Below are positions 1 to 9,882 of a DNA stretch of 64,000 bases, piece by piece. The first letter of the stretch is position 1, and every line of letters begins with the position of its first letter. Source of the DNA: Histomonas meleagridis 2922-C6/04-290x (lineage: Eukaryota; Protista; Parabasalia); contig JAANOX010000004.1 of assembly GCA_020184695.1 (NCBI GenBank), positions 248,001-312,000 of the forward strand, written 5' to 3'. Under the pieces are notes generated by a model that was not told the origin of the DNA, ran no database searches, and saw only the letters and a program-made list of their open reading frames with translations. Both the position numbers and the translations under genes were made by a program.

Positions 1-1
1 G

Positions 2-457
2 CTTCCACCAAAGGGAACCGCAGTACCAACAAGACCAATTTTGAAAACAAATAATGATGATGAAGAACTTGGTTACATTTATGTACTTGTTCCAGATCCA
101 GAACATCCAGGAGAAAACAAATTCAGCCTTAAGAAAGTTGTTTCAACTGTTAAAAAAGTTGTCGATGTTGTTGACAAAGTTGTAAATGATGACGAAGACG
201 AAGATTCAGAATATGAAATCTATTACGAAATTGAAGAGGCTCCAGAATATGGTGAAAATAAATTCAGCTTCAAGAAGATCTTCAAGAAGCTTGGAAAAGT
301 TGTTAAAGTCGTTACTAAAGTTGTTAAAATAGGATCCAAAGTTGTCAGCGCCATCACAAATGATGAAACAGTCATAGCTCATCACAAGGGACGTAACATC
401 TGCAAGTACTACCAAAAGCCCGGCTTCAAATGCCCCAAATTCTGTGATGCCAATTAA
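2..457 (+). CDS. 5'-partial polyprotein of cationic amphipathic, Pro-rich and Cys-containing peptides separated by acidic spacers (putative antimicrobial/lytic peptide precursor)
   Basis: Frame is open from base 2 (LPPKGTAVPTRPILKTNNDDEE...) to TAA at 455-457. Two modules GEN-KFS(L/F)KK...VV...N-D(D/E) alternate with D/E/Y-rich spacers. Confidence 0.75.
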   Translation, partial: LPPKGTAVPTRPILKTNNDDEELGYIYVLVPDPEHPGENKFSLKKVVSTVKKVVDVVDKVVNDDEDEDSEYEIYYEIEEAPEYGENKFSFKKIFKKLGKVVKVVTKVVKIGSKVVSAITNDETVIAHHKGRNICKYYQKPGFKCPKFCDAN

Positions 458-1046
458 ATAATGACTAACTGCACCATTTATTATTTTATTGTGAAATCAT
501 TCATTGTTCATTATGACTATCTATTAATTGTATTGACAAAAATTTCTTTTTGAATAACTTTCTTTTCCAGTATATAATTACAATACATCGAAATATTTAA
601 AATATATATACGCAGTGAAAAACTGTCTACATTGATAAGAATGTCATTCATAGAAGCTGTTTTCAATATATAAAAAAGCATATATTTAATGAATAAATAT
701 TAAATAATATCAAAATATTTCACTCACAATGCCTTTTTGAAGAATGCATTTTTAACGCTTCCAATTTGATGCAATTGTAAAAGTTAAATCTTCTGAATTT
801 TAAGCAGCAAATACCTTTTAATGCATTATTGAATATTTTTTTCCAAGCAATTATTCATAGTTGTATGTAAGTAGACAATTTTATACGTTGTCTTTTCTTA
901 TTTAATATTTTTACATAAAACCAATGTTAAAAACCAACAAAAAAGTATCAAATAAGATTAAAAACAAGTTTTGATTTTCCGATATAAAATATTAAATATT
1001 TTTATTTTATTAAAACATTTTTATTTTTTTTAATAAAAAAATCGAA

Positions 1047-2222
1047 TTATTCTTCTTGTTGTTGATTTGTAAAGTGAAACATTTCATACAAATCACTTCT
1101 AATATGGCAAAAACTCAGCGCAGTGTCAATTGTAATCTTAAACACTGGCGCCGGCTCGATAAACTTCGAACCCATTACACTTACCAAAGCTCTTTGAGCC
1201 GGAGAATATATCACAGACGCCGAGTGCTCTCTCGGCAGCATGAAAAGGCCGGAGTTGTTGACGATGCCGTCGTTAGTCGACAACGTTTCGTTATCGGGAC
1301 GGATGTGGAATGCAAACCACCATTGGCGCTTAACATCGAGCGCAAATATGTGCATATACTTTTGGTTCGATTCGCCGCCGATTAGAAATATATACTCATC
1401 AGCTGATACTAATGACGCATTAAGTAAATCGGTGGGAGGCTCAATGCCTGTGCACTTTGGGGCTTCAAATCGATATGTTTTGGGATCAAATGTGGTAATG
1501 GCCGTTTCAGAAGATCCGCCAAATATGTAATACTTGCCTTGGTAAAAACACCAGGTGGGAGTGGAGGCACCAGAGTGTGACGTGTTAGCTTTCTGCCAGA
1601 TTCGTTCGCTTAAATCAACACGGTATAAGCCATTATGAATTCGACCATCATATCCAGACCATAAAATTAAATAATTTCCATACGTAAACAAACATGGCTT
1701 AGTACGCGCTACGGGAAGTGTTCCACCGGTTTCAATTATACCAACTGTGCCATTATCTAAATTGATATAATGAAGATCAGAAAAATATTGATTGCCTTCT
1801 GCGCCACCAAAAATAACCATGTTGCGACGAACAAGACATGCTGAACAATATTGTCGTGGAGATAAAAGACTATTGTTGATTAATCGCCATTCCATGGTTT
1901 TGAGATTTAGGGCCCAACAATCATTCAAACAGTTTCCATTAACATCAGCACCATAGGCAATGACAATAGAATCTGTTACAGGATCATAGACATGACATTG
2001 TCCAAGTCGAGCTGCTGGTGCTATGCCTTTTCCTAAATACATGGACCACTTACCATAGTATGCAGTTTTCATTAATGGTGTTGGTAGAGAATTATTTGCA
2101 ATGGCTTTTATTTGAGTGGAATAATTAGCTTCAGTTCGCTTTGAAGTAACTGGAGCATATGAAAAAGAATCAAACATTTTTGCGTACGTTCTTTTATCAG
2201 CTTGGCTATTTGTATTACCCAT
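1047..2222 (-). CDS. Kelch-repeat beta-propeller protein with a possible N-myristoylation start (MGNTNS)
   Basis: Repeated kelch motifs (IFGG, LWSGYDG, YIFGG, FLIGG). First ATG is at 2222; the ORF-track start is TTG. Confidence 0.85.
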   Translation of the reverse strand: MGNTNSQADKRTYAKMFDSFSYAPVTSKRTEANYSTQIKAIANNSLPTPLMKTAYYGKWSMYLGKGIAPAARLGQCHVYDPVTDSIVIAYGADVNGNCLNDCWALNLKTMEWRLINNSLLSPRQYCSACLVRRNMVIFGGAEGNQYFSDLHYINLDNGTVGIIETGGTLPVARTKPCLFTYGNYLILWSGYDGRIHNGLYRVDLSERIWQKANTSHSGASTPTWCFYQGKYYIFGGSSETAITTFDPKTYRFEAPKCTGIEPPTDLLNASLVSADEYIFLIGGESNQKYMHIFALDVKRQWWFAFHIRPDNETLSTNDGIVNNSGLFMLPREHSASVIYSPAQRALVSVMGSKFIEPAPVFKITIDTALSFCHIRSDLYEMFHFTNQQQEE

Positions 2223-2630
2223 TGGAATTGCTAAATTTTGAAATGCCAAAAGAGTACGTTAATTTAAACGGGATTTTGCATGATTTAATGTTATTAATTT
2301 TTCTTTCCATTTTCTTTAAGTCACAAACAGACGACAAGCATTAAAAACTTGTTTTATCCCAAAAATTCTAAAAATTATAAACTTATTTTCATATTATGGA
2401 AAATATGATTTATTTTATGTATTATAGAAAATGCGCTACGAGAAAGCAATATTGCTTTCATAAGTGTTATTAAGCATAATTTTGAACCTTTCTTCGAAAA
2501 ATTGAAATATCATAAATGTTTATCTTAATGCAATAGGGGTCCTGGCTTTGTTGGTAGCCCTTATGTAGAAATTTTTGAAAATTTCAAATTTTTGAATCAA
2601 TGTGATAAGATGCTAATAAAATTATAGTGA

Positions 2631-3098
2631 CTATGATACCGCTACATTGCTGCTTGAGTTCTCTTTGATAAAGTCAAGGAATGTCATTAGTTCTATAAAA
2701 TCGTCGTCATCTTCTTCAACAATAATTTGTGGCGTGATAATTTCAGTAGGTTCCTTTCCACTACATAAAGGAGCATCTAATTCACAGAGGAAATCTGTAT
2801 CTGCCAAAATGCTATAATATCCATTAAAAATTAAATCCATTTCTATGTTGTCATAAATACCAGTAAACTTGCTTGAATTTGAGCTTTGGTTTTGTTCTGT
2901 TTCCAAGCTTCCAGAGGAAAATCTTTGTTGTTCAAAATCATCTATTGATGAATTTAATTCCAAAAGGACATAGTTTTCTTGCTTGTCCAGCTGTTCTTCC
3001 TCTTCATTAAAATTTAATGCTTTGATCAATTCTTGTTTTTCTCCCTCGTTTTCCTCCATGTGTTGCACCTCAAACGATAGCTTTTTGATGAAACTCAT
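2631..3098 (-). CDS. Hypothetical acidic protein
   Basis: ATG at 3098, 155 aa, E/D-rich, no recognised domain. Confidence 0.55.
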   Translation of the reverse strand: MSFIKKLSFEVQHMEENEGEKQELIKALNFNEEEEQLDKQENYVLLELNSSIDDFEQQRFSSGSLETEQNQSSNSSKFTGIYDNIEMDLIFNGYYSILADTDFLCELDAPLCSGKEPTEIITPQIIVEEDDDDFIELMTFLDFIKENSSSNVAVS

Positions 3099-3314
3099 AG
3101 AAAAAATTGAATATAAAATCGTTATTCGCAGCGCATGCAAAAAGGTCTGTATATAAAAATTACAAAGTGGACAATTTTTAATGTCAAATGGAAAGCTTCA
3201 ACACCAAAAAGACGATCAAAAATTTGGCAAAAAAAGTGGACAATTTCTTAGGTACGACTGGACACTTTTAATGCCAAAAAGACGATCAGATATTTTTGTG
3301 GCCGGCACTATAAA

Positions 3315-5552
3315 ATGGATAAGATGGATTTACTCATGTACATCAAGCAAACAATTTTTAAATTAAAAAAAAGAAAATATTCCACAATCAGTTACTTCAT
3401 TAATCACTAAATTTGATGAAAGCCATATTTATTCACTTAACCTTATTATCAGTCAAATGATATTTGTACTATTTCATATGCGAATCAATAATTACAAAAT
3501 ATATTTTGATTTTTTAAAAGAAATGCAACTTAATGAAGAAAATAATTGCAAATCATCTAAAATTTTTGATGTATTTACAAATCTTTTTGAAAATATTGTT
3601 AAAAATCAATACATTAATCCCAAAATTATTCAAGATTTAAATATTCTAATAAATTTTATACATTATTTGTCTGAAGAAGAAATCAAAATGGAAAATTATA
3701 ATAATTTGATTCGAATCAAAGCAAATTATAATGAACTTTCACAGAATGATTGGGAACTAATTAAAGAAGGACATAATCCAAATGAAATTGCAAAAATAAT
3801 TCGAAATGATGAAGTAGAAAAACTTCAAGAAATATCATCACAAACAAATTTTGATTTTAATCAAATAATTGAGCCATCACTTTATGAAAGATGTTCATTC
3901 ATTAATAAAGAAAATGTTTCATTAATTGATTATGCAGCATTTTTTTCAGCAGTTAAATGTTTTAAACATTTACTTGTGAATGGTGCTAATATAGATAACA
4001 CAGGTAAATATGCAGTTGCAGGTGGAAATGAAGAAATCATTCATTTATGTGAACAAAATCATTCATCATTTGAAGGTGCATATAAAACAGCAATTAGGTT
4101 TCATCAAAATGATATTTTTAAATATATTTATGAAAATAAACTTCAAAATTGTAATTTAAATGAATTAGGAATGAAATGTATTTTATATCATAATTATGAA
4201 ACTTTTTCATTTTTATTCAAAAAAAGAATAAAATTTAATAAAGATATAATATATTTATCAGCAAGAATCGGTAATCTATTTTTAGTTGAATATTTTCTTC
4301 AAAATAATCAAATTCCAAGGGATATCATGACTTATTCTCTAACATCAGGAAATATTGATCTCGTTAATTATTTTTTAGATAAAAAATGTTTAGATATTAA
4401 TCACAAAAATATTTATTTTAATATTTTAAAATTTATTTTAACAATATGACATTTATAAATATAATTTGGAAATTATTTAAATTATTTGAAACAGCACTCA
4501 TGAAAGCATCTGAAAATGGTCGTATAGAAATAGTTAAATTGCTTCTAGAACAAGAAGGAATTGATATTAATGTTAAAGATAAAATTTATTTGTTTTATTT
4601 AATATTTATTTTAATAATTTTATATTTCAAAATAATATTTGGAAATTATTTAAATTATTTAATACAGCACTTATGAAAGCATCTTTTAATGGTCATATAG
4701 AAATAGTTAAATTACTTCTTGAACAAGAAGGAATTGATATTAATGCTAAAGATATTTATTTGTTTTATTTAATATTTATTTTAATAATTTTATATTTCAA
4801 AATAATATTTGGAAATTCTTTAAATTATTTAATACAGCACTTATGAAAGCATCTTTTAATGGTCATATAGAAATAGTTAAATTACTTCTTGAACAAGAAG
4901 GAATTGATATTAATGCTAAAGATATTTATTTGTTTTATTTAAATTTTCTTTTGATGATTTTGGAATATTTCACAATAATATTTGAAACAGCACTCATGAA
5001 AGCATCTGAAAATGGTCGTATAGAAATAGTTAAATTGCTTCTAGAACAAGAAGGAATTGATATTAATGTTAAAGATATTTATTTATGTTTAATACTTTAA
5101 TTCCAAAATAATATTTGGAAATTATTTAAATTATTTGAAACAGCACTTATTAAAGCGTGTGTGAGAGATAATACAGAAATAGTTAAATTACTTCTTGAAA
5201 AAGAAGGAATTGATATTAATGCTAAAGATATTTATTTATGTTTAATACTTTAATTCCAAAATAATATTTGGAAATTATTTAAATTATTTGAAACAGCACT
5301 TATGATTGCATCTGAGAATGAGAACACCGAAATAGTTAAATTACTTCTTGAAAAAGAAGGAATTGATATTAATGCTAAAGATATTTATTTGTTTTATTTG
5401 ATATTTATTTTAATAATTTTGTATGTCAAAATAATATTAGGAAATTATTCAAAAAATTTGAAACGGCACTTATGAAAGCATCTAAAAAAGGTCACACAGA
5501 AATTGTTAAATTACTTCTTAATCAAAAAGGAATCGAAATGAATTCTGTATAA
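3315..5552 (+). CDS. DUF3447-type ankyrin-repeat gene, locus 1: head region plus 7 spacer-separated ankyrin cassettes; +1 frameshift in an A8 run at about 3365-3372
   Basis: Head carries HNPNEIAKIIRNDE...SLIDYAAFFSAVKCFKHLL, typical of trichomonad DUF3447/ankyrin proteins. Cassettes TALMKAS..G..EIVKLLLEQEGIDIN.KD start at 4491, 4664, 4834, 4987, 5140, 5293 and 5463; final TAA at 5550-5552. Confidence 0.8.
4411..5552 (+). repeat. Tandem array of AT-rich spacer plus 90-nt ankyrin cassette; spacers 80, 83, 80, 63, 63, 63, 80 nt
   Basis: Counted from the end of the KD/KN codon to the first base of the TAL codon in each unit. Confidence 0.9.
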
Positions 5553-5974
5553 TTATAAGGAAACTAACAATTTTATATCTAATATTTTTATAAGTAAGAG
5601 ATTTGATAATACAATTATATCAAGAAAAGTTAAAAACCAATTAATTGCATTATTTATTGAAAGATGTTCAACAAATTGTAATACATCTAATAAAGTTGAA
5701 TATAAAGAAAAAATTTGTTTTTATATTATGAAAATTTAAAAATTTTGATTAAAAGAAGCATTAAGAATTCAAATAATAATATATTTAAAAAAATATGGCA
5801 ATATGGTCTCAAAAGTATATTGAATATTATAACTATTAAAAATCAAATTAAATTTAAATTGAAAATTGATTTTAAATAAAAGATCAAATATTTTATTTTA
5901 ATTTTGTATACAAAAATATTTTGTTTTCAATAATATCATTTTTGATATCTTAATTTTATTAATCAAAAATCATA

Positions 5975-8332
5975 ATGCTGCTAATAATATTATATATAAA
6001 ATATATTAAAGCAGAAAAAACTCAAATAAATTTCACTTATCGAGATCAATCACCATACAGAGAAAGACGCATTTCATGGACTCATTATGGAAATAATGTT
6101 TTCTATGAATTATATTTGAAAAAAAATGATCAATGGTATAAGGCGAAAGGTTACGAACATGACAAAATCAAGGTATTAAATATTGTTCCTACAATTGAAT
6201 ATCACATTTTCCCATTTTCTTCCCAAAGAAGATTTTTAAAGTATCTTAAAATATGGATGGAAGGTGGAGAATTACAACTTGAAAATGGAGTAAAAATTAA
6301 TATAGAAGGAAAAGGAAAAGATATTAATCAAAACCAATTAATAAGCGTAACTCCTATTCCAATGGATATTTTTGAGAAAAATCCAAAAATAATATTCGAT
6401 TATGATGTTACAGTAATTGCAAAATGGGGAAAGCAGAATTGGGATAAATTTAAAAATAGATATACATATGATACCATCTTAAATTACATTGATTCTGGTA
6501 AAGGCCTACTTATTGATTGTTTTGCATTAACAGAAATTTTTCTTATATATATTGGGGCTGATGTAAAAACCCTTAAAAAATTTGGTGTGAATTATTACGC
6601 TCCAAAGGAAATGATTAATTCTGATAAAGTAATTCCTGTAAAAAGTAATTCATTAATAACCAAATATCCGAACCTCATTGAAAATGATTTAAATATTCCT
6701 TTTGTTAGTACAATTTCAAATTTTTATCATACTGGCGATATATGGTTTTCATTTCCCGAAGGTAAATCTCCACAAAGTAGTTACTTTCTTGCAATTCATA
6801 ATAATATAGGATTAATACAAACAGGAGTTTCGTTGAAAATGAATGATGATGAAGCTAAAATAATTGCTAATGCAATTTATTATTTAAAAAATAAGGATAA
6901 CTTTTATGAAGACAAAATTTTATTTAAAGAACCAGATATTAAAACGAAAATTGATGAGAAAAATATGATTATAACTTGGAATGATGTTAGTTATGATGCT
7001 TCATATTGGTATAAAATAAGGGCAATACAAAAAAACAATGGAACTGTCATGAAAGAAATCGAAAAACTTTTTTATACTAGTCAACGATTCGAGAAATATT
7101 GTTTCTTTATAAGTGAATCTCAATCCCCAATTTATGAAACATATAAATGTGATAATTATAATTACATTACTAAAGAAAAGTCATATCAATACAAAAAACA
7201 AGATATTATGAAATATGCTCATATTTATCTTTTAGATAGTTTTCAAAGAAGAGTCGCTGAAACCCATGTTTTAATTCCTGGAAATATAACAAATAATTAT
7301 ATACATGTAGAATCACCATTAACAAAAAAATCATTGCCATATGAAAAGAAAACTATTTTTAATAATAAAATAAATAACACAAATAATAGGAATTCAAATT
7401 TAATAAAAAAACATGAAGAACAGATTAAAATTCCTTCTAAAGAATTAATAAAAAACTCACTCAGTGAAACTCATAATATAGTACCTAACAAAACACTTAA
7501 AGTTTCATCTAATAAAACATTAAAAATGTCGGTTAATAAAGATCAAAATACATTATCTAAAAAAATATTGAAAGTCTTACATAATGATAAATTAAAATCT
7601 TCAACCAATGAAGATCAGATTTCATTTTCTAATGAAACACAAAACACATCATCCACTGAAACAAAGAAAAGTTCATTCAATGAAGATCAAAATCCTTTAT
7701 CTAAAGAAGCATTAAAAATACTATTTGATGAAACACAAAATAAAATGAAAGAAAAGCGAAATTCATTATCTAATGAAGTATTAAAAACTTCAAATAGAGA
7801 AACATTAAAAGAATTAAATAAAAAAAATCATATTACATTTATTAATGAAACATTGAAAACTTCATCTGATAAAATTCAAAATACATTATCCAATAAAACA
7901 ATAAAAAATTCTACCAACGAAGAACAAAATCCTTCATCCGAAAAAATATTGAATATTTCATTTGATGAAAAACATAATACATCTAAAGAAATGCAAAATA
8001 CATTGACTACTAAAACATTAAATAACTTGTCTAACAAATCAATAAAAGTATCTGCTAATAAAGCACCACATAAAGATTTTATCCACCTAGCAGAAAAAGC
8101 CAAGAGTTCAACAAGCTCCTCTTATTTTATTGTTGTTATTTCAATAATGTGCGTTATAATTCTAATTGTAGTTGTTATTTCGATAAACAAACATATTCAT
8201 AAAAAGATCACTCAGTTTGAAGAAAGTGCTGAATCAATATATAATTTAGAGACACCAGTAACATATCATAACCCACTTTTTAATCTTCAAGATGATCCAT
8301 TTGATGAAGATTTTCAGAACATTTCAGAATAG
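5975..8332 (+). CDS. Type I transmembrane surface protein: signal peptide, globular N-domain, repetitive N/K/S/E stalk, TM helix, short cytosolic tail
   Basis: Hydrophobic N-terminus MLLIILYI; stalk repeats resembling NEDQNPLSKEALK; TM YFIVVISIMCVIILIVVVISI; tail TYHNPLFNLQDDPFDEDF. Confidence 0.8.
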   Translation: MLLIILYIKYIKAEKTQINFTYRDQSPYRERRISWTHYGNNVFYELYLKKNDQWYKAKGYEHDKIKVLNIVPTIEYHIFPFSSQRRFLKYLKIWMEGGELQLENGVKINIEGKGKDINQNQLISVTPIPMDIFEKNPKIIFDYDVTVIAKWGKQNWDKFKNRYTYDTILNYIDSGKGLLIDCFALTEIFLIYIGADVKTLKKFGVNYYAPKEMINSDKVIPVKSNSLITKYPNLIENDLNIPFVSTISNFYHTGDIWFSFPEGKSPQSSYFLAIHNNIGLIQTGVSLKMNDDEAKIIANAIYYLKNKDNFYEDKILFKEPDIKTKIDEKNMIITWNDVSYDASYWYKIRAIQKNNGTVMKEIEKLFYTSQRFEKYCFFISESQSPIYETYKCDNYNYITKEKSYQYKKQDIMKYAHIYLLDSFQRRVAETHVLIPGNITNNYIHVESPLTKKSLPYEKKTIFNNKINNTNNRNSNLIKKHEEQIKIPSKELIKNSLSETHNIVPNKTLKVSSNKTLKMSVNKDQNTLSKKILKVLHNDKLKSSTNEDQISFSNETQNTSSTETKKSSFNEDQNPLSKEALKILFDETQNKMKEKRNSLSNEVLKTSNRETLKELNKKNHITFINETLKTSSDKIQNTLSNKTIKNSTNEEQNPSSEKILNISFDEKHNTSKEMQNTLTTKTLNNLSNKSIKVSANKAPHKDFIHLAEKAKSSTSSSYFIVVISIMCVIILIVVVISINKHIHKKITQFEESAESIYNLETPVTYHNPLFNLQDDPFDEDFQNISE

Positions 8333-9519
8333 TACATAAGATGTACTAAATTAGGTTGAACTCTTTTATTAAAAAAATTGATTCAAATTTTTTTAATTAT
8401 GGTTTTATTATTAAGCATTCACCAGAATAATCTGTGTGTTAAATTAAATATATATTTCGTCAGATTTTTTAAGTCTTCAAATATCAGACATGTCGGCTAT
8501 TAAAAAATCATCAGAGGAAGTCGAAAACTTTCATTATTTTTTAATCAACAATATTTACGTACAAGTGCTTTAGAGAAACAACAATAAAATAATAAATATT
8601 ATTAATTAAATAACCATTCAATTAATTTAGGTAACAAAACAATAATACAATCCTTTTTTTATTCAAATCACAAAAATTTTACTTTTAATAACAAAACACC
8701 ATTACACCCAGCTCCTAACAGTATTAGCTTTTTGAATTTATTAAAAAAATTCTGGTGAATGTGGCCCACATATTACACTTCACACTAGTGTCCATGATCT
8801 TTAATCTGCTTCCAAAAGATTCTAACGATTATTTTTGATGATTTCCAATCAACAACCATTCAGATGAATGTATTATGAAGTAATAATGATTTGATATTAT
8901 CGTAATTCACGAAGCCGCAAAATTTTCTCTCTGATAAGTAAAAGCAGATGAAGAATTCCTCAAAATCAGACTTGGGCAATGTTGGCTAATTTCAATTTAC
9001 GGTTATTGAAAATTGACCAATGTTGAAATAAGTGCCAAAATAAATTTGAAAATTGTTTAATTTAATTAACCGTAAATTGGAGTGGTATTGTGACACTTTT
9101 AATCTTAACATATGAAAATTCGCTTCTCATAAGTTGATTCAACAATTTTTTCTTGTTCTGTACGGAAATTCAGAGTGGTTCCGACTCTTGGATATGTCCC
9201 TTCAGAAAATTTGTAATTACTTTTTCGAGCATATACACTTAAAATATAAATAAAATCTTATAGTAAAAATTATTCTGCTAGATTCGGATTATTTGAGTAT
9301 ATGACTTTTATTTATATAAATTGATTTATACATAGGCTATTCATAAACAGTCGCTAAAAAGCCATTTTGCTATTTTTCATTGTGTTAAAAATATAATCAA
9401 AAACCAATAGAACTATATTCACATGCAATATTCCATTTTGTAAGTGAATTGGGCACCCAAGTGGACCATTAAAAAAGGACGGAGTCAACCAAATCAACGG
9501 TCGCTAAATAAATTCAAAT

Positions 9520-9782
9520 AAAACACAAAAATTCTATTTATAAAAGGCTCTCCTTCAAGATCATAAACATTGATAATACCATCATATCCACTAGTTGCAA
9601 AAAGTTATGGTGAACATGATAGAGCAACTGCACGATTTTTGTGTTGATTGACGAGCAACATCCCAAAATTCAAAAAATCCTTTAGCTGATAATGCATGTA
9701 GATCAACACTAAAATTTATTAAATATGATAAAACTCTGCTTTCCAACAATCTTATACTTTTAAATAACGATCTCAAAGCCAT
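9520..9782 (-). pseudogene. WD40-repeat gene relic
   Basis: SAKGFFEFWDV in one frame, then after a frameshift HKNRAVALSCSP*LFATSGYDGIINVYDL with TAA at 9605-9607. Confidence 0.55.
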
Positions 9783-9882
9783 TGTGTTTATGTTGCTAGA
9801 AAATGCGCCTTAACTAAAACACATTTTTTAAAAAAATGAATGATTTGAAATATTTAACGATTCACGTCAAACTGAACTCATC

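Noticed and set aside
206-415. Antisense ORF over the peptide-precursor gene
   Set aside because: Reverse-frame shadow with no separate signal.
4762-4837. Canonical GT...AG intron from GT at spacer position 9 to the AG of ACAG
   Set aside because: Removal leaves the downstream cassette out of frame, neither dinucleotide is invariant, and there is no ACTAAC branch point.
4446-5100. Small ORF-track ORFs (4446-4676, 4843-5100; likewise 43722-43925, 60439-60636) as independent genes with TM-like tails
   Set aside because: They are single cassettes read into the U-rich spacer; the hydrophobic IYLFYLIFIL tails reflect base composition and are not conserved as protein.
4411-5552. CRISPR-like reading of the regular repeat/spacer arrays
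   Set aside because: Eukaryotic context, no cas genes; both parts of the unit are homologous between copies and one part encodes ankyrin repeats.
8690-9235. Coding-like minus-strand stretch (MLEKVITNFLKGHIQESEPL*...)
   Set aside because: Many stops in the frames I translated and no recognisable family; at best an old relic.
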